Shown: piece by piece, positions 32,906 to 44,784 of the stretch
Numbering within the stretch: position 1 is the first letter of the stretch
Layout: every line of letters begins with the position of its first letter
Source: Phoronis australis
Taxonomy: Eukaryota > Animalia > Phoronida
Assembly (NCBI GenBank): GCA_002633005.1
Contig: NMRA01000252.1
Coordinates: 531,809 to 576,592, forward strand
DNA: 44,784 bases
Reading direction: 5' to 3'
Notes under the pieces: generated by a model
What the model saw: the letters and a program-made list of their open reading frames with translations, nothing else
Told to the model about the DNA's origin: nothing
Database searches by the model: none
Made by a program: the position numbers and the translations under genes

Positions 32906-35806
32906 TCTTGGAAAGTACATGATGTTTCAACTGGTGCTAACTCAGGGCTCTTAAGATATGTTTTAAAACAACCAAAAGGTACACATTGCGTCCTTTAAAT
33001 AAAGGAAGAAAATGGTTGTTTTTGAAGTGACGTGATATTATTTTTAATTAGTTTGGACTGTAAACAAAAATTTGCTAGTGTATGGTCGCTGTTTTCCAAA
33101 CAGTGCCAACTGTTATGATTTGTTATGCAGATTTTTTGGAAACGTGTGGTAAAGTTAAATTTAAATTCAACTGATTAGCAAACTGTAGAAGCGCTTGTAT
33201 CGAATGTTGTAAAGTAAGGTATCACTGAATTATAATCGGGCAGCCATGTACAGTGGGGTGATCTAGAGTGCAGTATGGTAGGGCTGACCATAGTATGTGA
33301 GGGACAGACAGTTGTAGAAGGGCATTCTTGTGCCCTGTTTGTTTGGGAGGTAACCGACCTCCCAGGGCCCGTCTTGGTCCTAGTTGGTGGAGCTGGAAGA
33401 AGTGTGGTCTTCCAAATGAACCAGAAGGCAAATAAAGCAGATTCAAGTTATCAAAGATCCCTAATGGATGAACTAGTAGAAGTGGATGGCACAGATCTGT
33501 GTGTGTGTGTGTGTGTGTGTGTCAGAGCAGGATCTTGTAACAAACAGTAGTTCATAGATATGAACTGATGAACCAGTGTGGCCCAAGATAAGCAGTTGAG
33601 TAGAGTCCATTAGGATTATGTTTTAACAGGAAATGTGATGTAAGCTGGACTACCCTTCCAATGGTTACGCCTATCAGCTTCCCATGTGATTTATTAATTT
33701 TAAAAGAGGCATCTCTTAAACGTCTTGCGGATCTTAATGACGTGCTCTTATGAAACTTTCGACTGATGACAACGAATTTCAACTGATTTGACTACTGCTG
33801 TGTATCCTAGTGTCAAATTTTATCTTTTTAGGTTGCTGCTATATCGTCAGAATTCTTTGATGGATTTTCATGAAAGTTGGAAAATAGATTTCTACTAAGA
33901 ATAAGACAAAAGCACTTGTGCATTTTCACGTGGCTGTAATGAATCCGTGCTACCTAGTGGCCATCTTTAATATTCACGTCTGTTTTTTGAGGTTCGCCCT
34001 TTTATCTACCAAACCACTTGAGGGGTCATTATAAAAATTGGCAGGTGTGTTTTTGACAAGGATGGTTGAGGTTGACTTTAAGATGGCGCCCCCTAGTGGG
34101 GATTGTTTTGTTCACTCGACTATATCTCCTCAAACCTTTTCCAAGAACTTACTGGGAGATGTGTACCTATTGACCTGACAAAAGATGATGGCGTGTTTCA
34201 GACCAATCTGACAACAGGTGTGCCCCCTGTTGGAAATTTTATTTTTATGTTTTGTGTCTGGATTTGTAGAATTTTGAGTGATATGGTTAGTAAAATTCTA
34301 TAAAGGAGACATTGGTGCTTATGTTCAACAGATATATTCATTGTTTTGGTCCCAGCCTCAGAACAAAGGATAATCATGAAACATATTGTGTTCCTGAACT
34401 GTAGCTGAGTTTTGGACAGGATTAATAACTTCTGCCAATCATTGTCATCAACCCTCTCCCCTAAATGCCAAATAAGTGTACGTCATTCATTCCCTATTCC
34501 TCCTTCCCACGAACGAACATAGAAAACTGATGACCGCATGTGGTTGTAATGTTAATTCCCCTGAACTTGCCCGAATTTTGCCGAACAATTCCGACTTGTT
34601 TCTCAAATTAAAACGAAACAAATGGGAATCTAAGGTAATAAAACTAGAAAACACGTTTGCAATTTAAAGTTTGAAAGTCAACATGAACTTTGCAAAAGAA
34701 TTTAGAGTAAATTATTGTCTGACTTTCATACTCGATCTGGCGACTTTTTTCCCAGTTCTCCAATCCCAATGTGTGGTCGCATTGTACTCTTTATTTAACA
34801 TTAGGAAGACTGAGCCTGTGTTTAAGTGTGTGTTATTCTCAGCACTGTGAACACTTCACTTATAAGTTTCACTGTGACTTCCCGGGACAAACTAAACCCT
34901 CGTTCACGAGAACACCATACGTAAGGTTAGTACTGACTTGCTTCTCAAATTGTTAGCCTTGCTTTGTTCAGTATCAGGAGTCAAATGTCATTGCAGGATA
35001 TAGTCAGACTCTATCAGTCATGGAGTTCTTGAGGGATAACATTGAGCAGTTGAAACTGTCTCACACCTTTCAAATAGCTGCCAGTAAGGTAATATTAAGT
35101 GAATCTGGTGTTTAAGTCATTGCGTTGTTTAGTCATGTGTTGTTAAGTCATTGTGATGTTAAGTCACTGTGTTGTCACTGTGATGTGTATATTGCTTATA
35201 TGGTTATATTCATGGGTGATTGTTTAGGACTTGAAGTGTAGTATCACCCCACCATCACAATCTGATGGTTGTGAAGTGTAGTACCAAAGTTTTAGTACGT
35301 TGTGGATATTTAAAATAGGGAATTGTCTTCTTGTTCTCGTTAACGACATCAAATTATTTTTCCATCTACGTCACATAGTATTACAAGAAGACGGTCATCT
35401 TTACTTCAGGCAGTTTTGTGCACGTATCTGATGACATGTCCTGGTAGAGACAAATTACTAGGTTGGTGTGGACGGTGGTAGTAGTAGTACCTTGTCTTGA
35501 TCAGACTGGAGAATGTTAAATACATATGTAAAAGTTTGATAGTTTTAACAGGCAACAGATTACTTAGTGCTTGGGTAGGTCACAATCAAGGTGGGTAGTT
35601 TGGGCAGTGCTACAGAGGGAGGTCCCAATAAGGGCGGGGGGTGGGGGGGGGTTTGGCAGTGCTGCTGGGGGAGTTCACATTATGGGTGTTTGGCTGCAAA
35701 ATATGAAGGGTGAGCTGGGTGTTAATATGAGACGCTGTTACTGCATATGTTTGCCTGGGCATGGGATTTGGTAAATTGAACCAGGTCTTAATGCTATGGG
35801 CCTTTC

Positions 35807-36178
35807 TGGAGGATCTGTGGACCAGTTGGAAGGATCTGTGGACCAGTTGGAAGGATCTGTGGACCAGTTGGAAGATCTAATAGGAGTGTTTGGAGGAGTG
35901 TGGGCCAGTTTGGAGGATCTATGGGCCAGTTTGAAGGATCTATGGGCTAGTTTGGAGGATTTATGGGCTAGTTTGGAGGATCTGTGGTCTAGTTTGGAGG
36001 ATCTGTGGTCTAGTTTGGAGGATCTGTGGGCCAGTTTGAAGGATCTATGGGCCAGTTTGGAGGATTTATGGGCCAGTTTGGAGGATCTATGGACCAGTTT
36101 GGAGGATCTGTGGGCGAATTTGGAAGATCTGTGGGCCAGTTTGGAGGATTTGTGGGCCAGTTTGGAGGATCTATGGCC
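35807..36178. repeat. 21-bp minisatellite (ggaggatctgtgggccagttt), about 17 copies
   Basis: Direct reading. Confidence 0.93.
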
Positions 36179-36783
36179 ATGCTACTGTGATTGTTTGAGT
36201 TAACACCCAATTATTGTTAGAAATGTGGTTCTGTCCTTTTTTGCTTCCAGTTTTAATGTGGTCCTTGACCAGAGTACATCCACTGGGCTCACTCACAAAT
36301 TTTACCCTGGGTTTGATAGGTTCTGAAGCACTGCTAGTGGAGGTCAAGTGAGGGCTGGGTAGTATACATGGATGAAAGCTTGAGGTAGGCATGGTAACGG
36401 ACAACTCAGTGAGGATGTGCTGTGGAATGTTTTGGATACTGATTGTCTATGTGGGGACATAGCATCAAGTCAGTGAGGGTCATCGTGATGTTATGGGGAC
36501 CCAGTATGATCTCAGTGAGGGTCTGTGTCATATAGATCTATCAAATATGGGTCTCGGGACAATGCCAGATGCATTGCTAGAGGCACATTTGATACAGTCG
36601 GCAAACCATGAATGATTTTAGTTTGGGGTGTGGATGGTTCTAGTGGTACTCTACAGCAGTCTCTATGTATGAGTGATTGGGTCAGTATAGATGGTAGTCA
36701 CTTCCTGCTTTGGGATGGTCGTGTGGCTAACATCAGTCACTTGGTCTTTGAAATACATTGTCACGTAACACCCGATGGTAGCT

Positions 36784-36875
36784 GTGGCCAGAGAACTGAC
36801 GCATGGCCAGAGAACTGACGTATGGCCAGAGAAACGACGCATGGCCAGAGAAACGACGCATGGCCAGAGAAATGA
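36784..36875. repeat. 19-20-bp tandem repeat (tggccagagaactgacgca), 5 copies
   Basis: Direct reading. Confidence 0.85.
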
Positions 36876-37831
36876 CCATGGAAACATTGTAACAATATGG
36901 ATAGTAGCTGGAGGTTGACTTAAATAGATCAGTAGATATTAGACGATAATATTGTGTAGCTGCTTGTTAGACATGATGCTGGATTGAGATGTTGGGGAGT
37001 GGTGAACAGTGGACAGGGTTCGAATGACCAGCAGTGACTAGGGAATGACCAGCTGAGGAGGTTAAGCCTGTCATTTAGGTATGATATACATGTACATGCA
37101 TAGTTTGTTATTCAAGCTCCTTGATGCATTATCCATGTAAAGCTCTATCTTAACAATGATTGCGTTCGGTCGTTCTGTATACCAATGTTCTTGTGAGAAA
37201 ATCAAGGTCCTGCAAGTTTTCGCGTCATCTAACCGCGAGCATTACAACGAGAAGCTGGTGATCAGACTAGCTTGGTTTCACAGGACTCTACCATGAAACT
37301 AGAATTGAATGAGAGTCTTGTTATCCTGTGTTGTGACTGTCTAATTAGGTTAAGGCTATGATACTAGTGAGTCACACATCACACATGACTTGTGGTGAAT
37401 CTGTTGTAACATATGGCTATATGTTATGTAATCATGATATTCCCCTTTGCTCTATACAATGGTCCACAATTTGTGACATTCCTTCCTTATCTGTGACAAA
37501 GTTATAAAATCTTTGTCCATAACACAGGACTAATGTTCCATGTCCCCCTGTTGTCTGCACTATGACCCATTATTGGTAATAGTCCACAAAGGTGTAGTGT
37601 TATATAGGTTTGCTTATTCCCTATTTCTGATGACTTCACTACACTTCACTTGCATTGTGGGTATTGCATCCATCAGCTGATTTCGAGGGGGGATTCCTAC
37701 ATTGTGTGCTGCCTTAGAGTCAACTGTCTTCATTTAAAAGTACCTCTGGGCATAAACTATTAAAAGAGTATTTCACTGTCAAAATTAAATTTTAAATTGT
37801 AGTGCTCTGGGGTATAAAACATTTCCATATA

Positions 37832-38342
37832 CAGGGCTTGGAATTTTCCGCGGAAACGCGGATTTCCGCTTTTTTCAAATGTTCTGTCCGCGCATTTTAT
37901 TATATTTCCGCGTAAAAAAAAATTGGATTTGATCTAAAATTTCAGCGGCAAATTCCTTTCTTGCCACGGCGTTGCAGACGACGTTCACCTCGACAAGCGG
38001 AAGTCGCTCTTTATGTTTTGGAGGAACGTAAATTGTCAACATTGCCGGGGCATCTGGGATAGCGTGGTGGGATTTTGAATGGCGTCTCGTGTTATTGTAA
38101 ACTGCGGCGACAAATACTATGGCTCTGCAGCCAAAAATGTGTGGGTTGAGAGTGGACGGGCGAGCTAAAAGGACGCAGACGCATGCTACTGATGGTGGTA
38201 ACGTTTTTTTTTTTTAATTGTTTTTGTCCTTCCGATTTTTGTTGTGGAAAGGTTCACATCGACCATTTCAAGGCTGGGTAGCGCACATGATACGGGCCGT
38301 AAAAGTTTCCGCGTTTTTTGTCATTGGTCATTCCAAGCCCTG
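37832..38342. mobile_element. hAT-like MITE
   Basis: Perfect 13-bp TIR cagggcttggaat / attccaagccctg, repeated subterminal ttccgc motifs, CpG-rich; TSD not recognisable. Confidence 0.8.
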
Positions 38343-39750
38343 ACTTTTGAACATCACATTATCACAATAAATTGTGCTTGTATCCAATCAAATAGTGCAG
38401 TCGCAGATTTTATACAGTGATACAACTTTTCTTGGCCTGAAAGTGCCAGACTACGAAAGTGCTCCATGGCCAATAATGCAGCTGCAACCAGATTCTTAGT
38501 TTCGTGGCCTAATGGAGGACAGCCCTATTAGTATATATGGGGGTGTGTGTCATTGTGAATGTTATAGGTATACCTTGACCTGCAGTTTCTAATTAGATCA
38601 TGGGTTATAGTCACTTCTAAGGGTACATCAGTCTGGGAACCAGTTATCTGCTCTGAATAACACCAGCATCAAACTGGTTCTCAAAATAGAGGGCCCCTAC
38701 AAGTGACTATTGCTAGGTAATGGAATCCACTACTGACACAGGTCATGACTTTGCCTTGTGTCAAAATGTATGATCCTAACAAGAGTGGTATAGAGCTTTA
38801 ATTTGTGATGAGTATGTCTGAATGAGATTGATCACTGTATAGTGGCCAGCAAGAATTTTTATGTGAAACCACAGTGAGACTGAATAAGCTGTTCCTGTTA
38901 TTTGATTAGTTTTCCAGTTATGCTTTCCATTTCCTGCTCAACCACAGATTGTGTCTGTGGTCAAGTGTGTATAGTGCAAGAGTTGAAAGGGTAAAGACAG
39001 GGATGGTCACTCACTGGGTGACTAAATGCTGCCATTGGATATCTAAGTTTTGGATGTCTTGTGTCTTATGGCTGAGTTTCCCTGTCTTATGTCTGGTATT
39101 CTTGTTTGACACCAGTCTGCTTGTCTTCTCCAGGTGGTTCTAAGATAATCTAAGTTAGCTGTTTCATTAACTTCTCAAAGGACTCCTTATTTCCTGATTG
39201 ATACATGATGTTTATTATCAGCCACTGAAGATATTATTAAGTTATTTTGGCATTTTTGTTTCAAGACTAGAATTATAGAAATGCTAACTAAAGCATAAGT
39301 GGGACTCCAATGGTCGTCACATAAATTTTTCTGTGCTTCATGTTTAGTCTTAAGTAATTGCTACTTCTACAATGAGCCTTTAATTACATGGAAGTAGGTC
39401 TCCACTTCTTCCGCCCAAAAAAAAATTAAATACTGTTTATTCCACCAATAGTTTGTGAGCGGCACAGACTGTAGAGATGACAGTGGTGGGAAATTAGTGA
39501 GCAGCCCTGTGTAGTGAAGTGTGATGGACAGTGTTGTGGCTGTGGTCCAATTAAAACACTCTAATATTAGAAAGTCTTTCTCCTATTCCCATATGTAAAT
39601 ATACTTTATCCCATCATCGGTGAAATTGTCTGTTGAGCAAAGGTTTCCAGGGATCACATGGCAATGATAGGTTACTTGTGTCACCTCACAAAACAGGAGA
39701 TATTCTGGGTTACAGGGTGAATGTGTTCCATTGTGTTCAGAACTCATTAA

Positions 39751-40685
39751 CCCTTTTAAAGAGTCCTATATTACTAGGATTTATGATAAGGCTTTGTCTA
39801 GGTATTTTCTGAGGTTCAAAACTGAGTGTGGCAACTTAGAATTCACTTAAGTATGCAAAATAAGATAGGGACTAGTTGCTAATTTTCAAAATGCGTGAAA
39901 TGTGGTGAGCATGATAAATTTTGAATTTTTGTATATTTTAAGGTAAAACTTAAATACGTCTGACGACCATTTCAAGAAAGATATCTAAAGTTTTATCTGA
40001 ATTTTGATTATCTTAATTACTGGATGTGGATGTTTCAAAATGTGAAATTTATGAATGTATAGGTAAATAAAACAACAAGAATGGATCAACTGAAATTTTC
40101 GGATATAATAACTTCCTTCGTCAACAAAAACAGAAACAAAGTGAAATCAAACACTTTATGACAATTGACATTTAAGATTTGCGAAGTTGTCGGAGTTCAA
40201 TGGCATTTGTTTGACCCAATTGCGAAATTCGCGACCTGTAAAGTTTTCCTCCGGTTCAAAGCCATGAAATTAAACTTCTTTGTTGTAATAGTCAACAAAA
40301 TCTGGCCAGATATATAAGAATTCCTTTTTGGGTTATCTTGTATATTAATTAAGTAAAAAGCATACAAATTATTGCCAATTTTTTCATTTGAAAAGTCTAC
40401 GTCTGAATCGCCGTCGACCGACATTTTGTTTTTGCGAGTCATTGATCTAAGTTCTTGGAAAACCCCTTCAATAACTCACGTTACATCTCAGCAATGAATC
40501 AGAAAAGCTGTTAGAAATGAAGGTAAGTCTATATTTAAATTTGTGATGTACACGAAAGAATTCCCCTAATCAACCAACGAAATATGCTGTTGCTTGGAAG
40601 TTCGGCATATTGTGAGACCGATAAAGCGGTCCATGGTGTTGAATGGTGGTAAGTTTCAGAGACCACTTAAGCTGTGTTGAAAGGG
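39751..40685. mobile_element. piggyBac-like non-autonomous element
   Basis: TTAA|cccttt ... aaaggg|TTAA (TTAA at 39747-39750 and 40686-40689). Confidence 0.7.
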
Positions 40686-41474
40686 TTAACAGACAATGAC
40701 GACTTTCAGGCTGATCCAATGAACACTGTGCCTCCAAGGGGCAGTTTCATTTTATTCTGTTTTCCTTTATTTCTCTAAAGTTCCGTGACGGATTTCTATG
40801 AAATTTGCTGTATAGCTTTCTATTAAAGGAGCAATGGCATGTTCCCGTTTTCGGACGGATTGTATGTTTTTGCGCCATCTAGTGGCCATTTTTATGACAC
40901 AAATATGTAACCCTAAAAGCACACCATTTGCGATGCATCCGTGGGCGCATGTCAACGCTCCATATTGCTGGTGTTTTTTAAGGCGGAAGTTTGAAGTGAG
41001 TAGTCGCGTCTAAATCCGACATTGCGGCGTGGCTGGTGATCTTGATATTCTGCGCATTATAAGTGCCTCAAGACTGCCTGATCTTGTTGATAAATTGAAG
41101 ATGTTACTGTGGAATTTTGGGACTGTGGGTAAGCATTTTTGCCTGTACACGTTCATGGGCTGGGCGCTTATTTAGGCGAAGTCTGAAAGTGCGTGGGTGG
41201 TACTTATAGGGGCATGGGCGCTTATTAGGCGAATACGGTAACTAAACACAGTTTCATTTGTGTAACATGCTAAACTGTTAATGTTTTCAATGTTTGGTCC
41301 AAAACTCTGAAGCTGTGGCGTATTCATCACCAGTGTCACTACACCTCCATCACAAAACTATTAAAGCTTCAACAACATCAGTGTACACAATTCTGTACAG
41401 TCTAATTGCCCTTGTCCCTCTATATCCAACTGTAAATTGATGTCCAAAGTGTTCGAGGTAAGCCATTGTGTGGA

Positions 41475-41517
41475 TGTGTGTGTGTGTGTGTGTGCGTGTG
41501 CGTGTGTGCGTGCGTGN

Positions 41518-41563
<46 letters not shown>
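41475..41563. repeat. (GT)n/(GC) microsatellite with a single-N junction
   Basis: Direct reading. Confidence 0.95.
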
Positions 41564-41569
<6 letters not shown>

Positions 41570-41971
41570 ATGCATGTAGTGAAATGAACACAAAGTAAGA
41601 ATTGTCTCTCGTCCATGTGATTAAAACTACAGGTAAAATGTTGATGATGAAAATCATTTTGGGTGTGCAAACTATGTTGAATGTTTGACAGCATGGATCA
41701 GTTGCTGTAACATCTTCAAAATTTGAATGATTTATAAGTGATCAAGTCCATCTATAACTCACTGGTGCTCTCCGCAATATAAATTCCAAACTCAACCCAA
41801 ATCTTCACGTGCACCATCACTTAGTTCCTTGTATATTATTTTAATTACTGCTTAGTTTAAATTATGATATAAACATCTTCAATTTGAAAAAAAAATAATT
41901 TGTGAAATTGTCGGATTTATATTTTTAGAGTCTTATCACATTGCTGCAAATACACAAAAGTTCACCAGCTG

Positions 41972-42125
41972 TGTTGTATGGTGATGGCTATGTTGTATGG
42001 TGATAGCTATGTTGTATGGTGATAGCTATGTTGTATGGTGATGGCTATGTTGTATGGTGATAGCTATGCTGTATTGGTGATAGCTATGTTGTATGGTGAT
42101 AGCTATGCTGTATTGGTGATAGCTA
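41972..42125. repeat. 19-20-bp minisatellite (tgttgtatggtgatagcta), 8 copies
   Basis: Direct reading. Confidence 0.92.
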
Positions 42126-43086
42126 CGACAAACAAACCATGGTCAAAGCAAAGTATACTTTCTTGAAAAACTTTTCTTGTTGAGAAATCTGACGAAATGA
42201 AATTTCATGGGTCTGCCATGCTCAGTCCCAAACTGGACTATCTAGCCTCACATGAACAGGGTCAAGGGAGTTGGTCATTCTAACCTATAAACAAAAGGCC
42301 ATGTGTGATGACCAGTAGAGATGGCTGCACAGTTGACTGATACCAGACAATAGAACACAAAATGTTCCTCTCTCAACTGTTTAGTCTGCACTTCCCAACT
42401 GAAGGTTCTAGTTTACTGACTATCTACAGCTGGACATTGTAGTTTTCTCCCTTGTCCATATGTTCATCCTTGTTATTTCAGCTCTATCAGATCACAAGAT
42501 GTATTATGGCCTAGGTGGACTAGCTAGAATTCTGAGTTGTTATGTTCACAGCTGTTGTACTCTGACTGTTGATGAGCTGACATGTTAAATGTTCTGGGTT
42601 GCTGTCTTCAACTGAGTTGTGCTCAAATAGTGCATTAAAGTCCTAGTAACACACAAGTTGAATAAGAAATTATAAGGAACCAAGCAGTACCTGTCCCATA
42701 ACCAATACATAATGCATAGTTGAAGAAAGTTTAAATAAATGCACCACTCATGATTTATGGAAGAGCATATCGCCATTTTGAACTTAAGTGCGAAACAGGA
42801 AGTACAATTCATTGAGGAACCCAGACTTAAGAATGGCGGCTGTTTGACTGGAACAGTGTCAGGATTAAAACAATCCACAAACTGGCTAAACTATTTTGTC
42901 AATAGTTCAACCAGTATTTTTACCAGATCAATGGAAATAGTGCTCTCCATTGTGTTTAACAGTTGTTTTAAATCAGTGCGATGATGTCATGTTAGCAAGA
43001 ATAATTAAACTTTACACACGCCATCTGTTGGTTGCATGAGGTGACCTATAGTTACTGGTACATTTGTTAGCAGTTGGTATTGCCTA

Positions 43087-43322
43087 AACCTGCTGTTGAG
43101 TCCACAAGCTCATTTTGTAGTCAAGCCACTTGCATGATAGGCGACACATGAACAATGTGCAACCTGCAGTTGTGTCCACAAGCTCAGTTTATGACCAGGC
43201 CACTTGCATGACAAGCGACACATGAACAGTCTGCAACGTGCTGTTGTGTCCACAAGCTTGAGAAAAGTTTGTAGTCAAGCCACTTACATGATAGGCGATA
43301 CATGAACAGTGTGCAACCTGCT
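43087..43322. repeat. about 75-80-bp diverged tandem repeat, 3 copies
   Basis: gtccacaagct...gccacttgcatga..gcgacacatgaaca..tgcaacctg recurs three times. Confidence 0.85.
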
Positions 43323-43705
43323 TTTGTCTGTTGTTACACTTGTGTCTTCACTGCAAATAGTGAACAAACTTAAGCATTAGTTCTCAGTGTAACAGTGCTG
43401 CTGTGAGTGTCAAGATTACAAACTAAAAATTTGTTCCTGAAAATGACTGTGGCTTTGTCAAAACGTATGAACAAGGGTTGGTATACCAAAAATAATGTAA
43501 CCACAGCTTAGCATCCCTGGAAGTTACAGCAGGCGGTGTTGGTCTACATCTGATATCAATGATATACAGTGTGTTATTAATAAGTCCATCAGTTGTCTAG
43601 CCTGTTATCACTCAGTGTTATACCAACATCACAACATGGAATGTACAGAATGGCTTTAATAATGTTTGTAAATAGTACAAGTACCCTGATGGCTTTCTAA
43701 CTGCT

Positions 43706-43877
43706 TCTCTGCTCTGTGGTGCCAAGTCTGATACTCTGACTAATAGTACTAGAGTCTCTGCTCTATGGTGCTAGGTCTGATACAGGGACTCGTATTGGTG
43801 TCTCTGCTCTATGGTGCCAAGTCTGATACTTTTACTCAGTACTAGAGTCTCTGTTCTATGGTGCTATGGCTGATACA
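43706..43877. repeat. diverged about 45-50-bp repeat (tctctgctctatggtgccaagtctgatac), 4 copies
   Basis: Direct reading. Confidence 0.75.
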
Positions 43878-44784
43878 TGTAAGGTGTTTAGTGCTGCTGT
43901 GTGTCTTTCAACAATTCAACTTACAGTACTTCTCTTGATGTATGCTATCACCATTTGTTATCTCCGTTTCTTGCTGACAATTGATTCAAGTGTGACTTTG
44001 CCCCCCTCTAAACATGCACTTCATAGAACGCATGATGGTGATAGCGTGCGTGTAAGGACAAATGGAAATGTGTCCCCCTTGCTAACGTAAAACATAATCC
44101 AATGATATGGTGGTGAAACTGGATGGTCATCTTGGCCATAGTCTTTGGACATTTCCCAAATAGGTGCTTATAGATCAAACCAATTGCTGTGAATGTGTCT
44201 CGTCACTGTAATGATTCATTTCAACATGACATAAACGCCATGTTCTGTGTACAGACCGCTATATCCAGGTGCACTAATTATTTCTGCTTTTAACAGCTTC
44301 AACTTTGCTATTTTGTTGTGTTTGAGGTTTTGATATGTGTTACAAGACCATCATTTCTTTCCCTCTCTGTCTGAAGGCCCCCCACTACCATCTGTTCCAT
44401 AACTTGTCCACCTACACATTGAGTGTGTGCCTAGGTCATGAGTCATGACTTGTCTAGACTGGAGCTTCACTGTTCATGGAGGATTATTCAAATAGTCCTT
44501 GAATTATTACACAGTTATCTGTCTCAATAACCGTGGTGCTTCAGGCTTACCATGGTGCTTCAGGCTTACCATGGTGCATGGTGCCAGTCTCCGTCTTGAA
44601 CTAGAGTTTGAACAGTGACACATTTATTGTAGTTAAATTGATCAACTTGTGTTTTATGTCCAGAGAAGTACCATGTTGCTGGGGATGGGGGAGGGGCATG
44701 CTGGTGACTTAGGGACATACGGTGATGATATTGTTGGCATATGGTTGGGGAGGGGGGAGGGGCATGCTTGCCACTGAGGGACAT

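Noticed and set aside
33222-33550. GC-richer patch with short ORFs on both strands
   Set aside because: No recognisable motif and no convincing splice pair.
35796-36203. 135-aa ORF with LEDLWAS heptads resembling a coiled coil
   Set aside because: Stop-free reading of a 21-bp minisatellite; the frame shifts between sub-arrays and there is no exon context.
41155-41240. Possible Tc1/mariner-pogo MITE end (ggcgcttatt repeats, aatacggta)
   Set aside because: The matching left terminus could not be found.

Overview
AT-rich eukaryotic (invertebrate animal, plausibly lophotrochozoan) draft scaffold with spliceosomal GT-AG introns, several N gaps and single-N contig junctions. Two protein-coding genes can be reconstructed by hand. 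(1) The 3' part of a raw/OLRN-1-like gene (nucleoside 2-deoxyribosyltransferase-like repeats) on the + strand. Its six visible exons are out of order in the scaffold: exon 402-485 belongs between exons 3029-3179 and 4844-4996. (2) A DAXX orthologue on the - strand (7 coding exons, 16188->8497, about 1044 aa after removing a 240-bp duplicate at a single-N junction). It has the helical bundle, the H3.3 histone-binding domain, an acidic tract and the C-terminal SIM IVVLSDSD. The genes converge, with candidate poly(A) signals only about 22 bp apart. The remaining ~28 kb is non-coding or intronic and rich in non-autonomous DNA transposons (nested 9-bp-TSD and 8-bp-TSD elements, Kolobok-like elements including a decayed THAP + KolX-like gene pair, a piggyBac-like and hAT-like MITEs), tRNA-derived fragments and minisatellites. 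I see no convincing novel multi-gene system. The best leads are a minisatellite that multiplies a DAXX splice acceptor, the expanded repeat- and SIM-rich DAXX linker, the abutting 3' ends, and the Kolobok relic.
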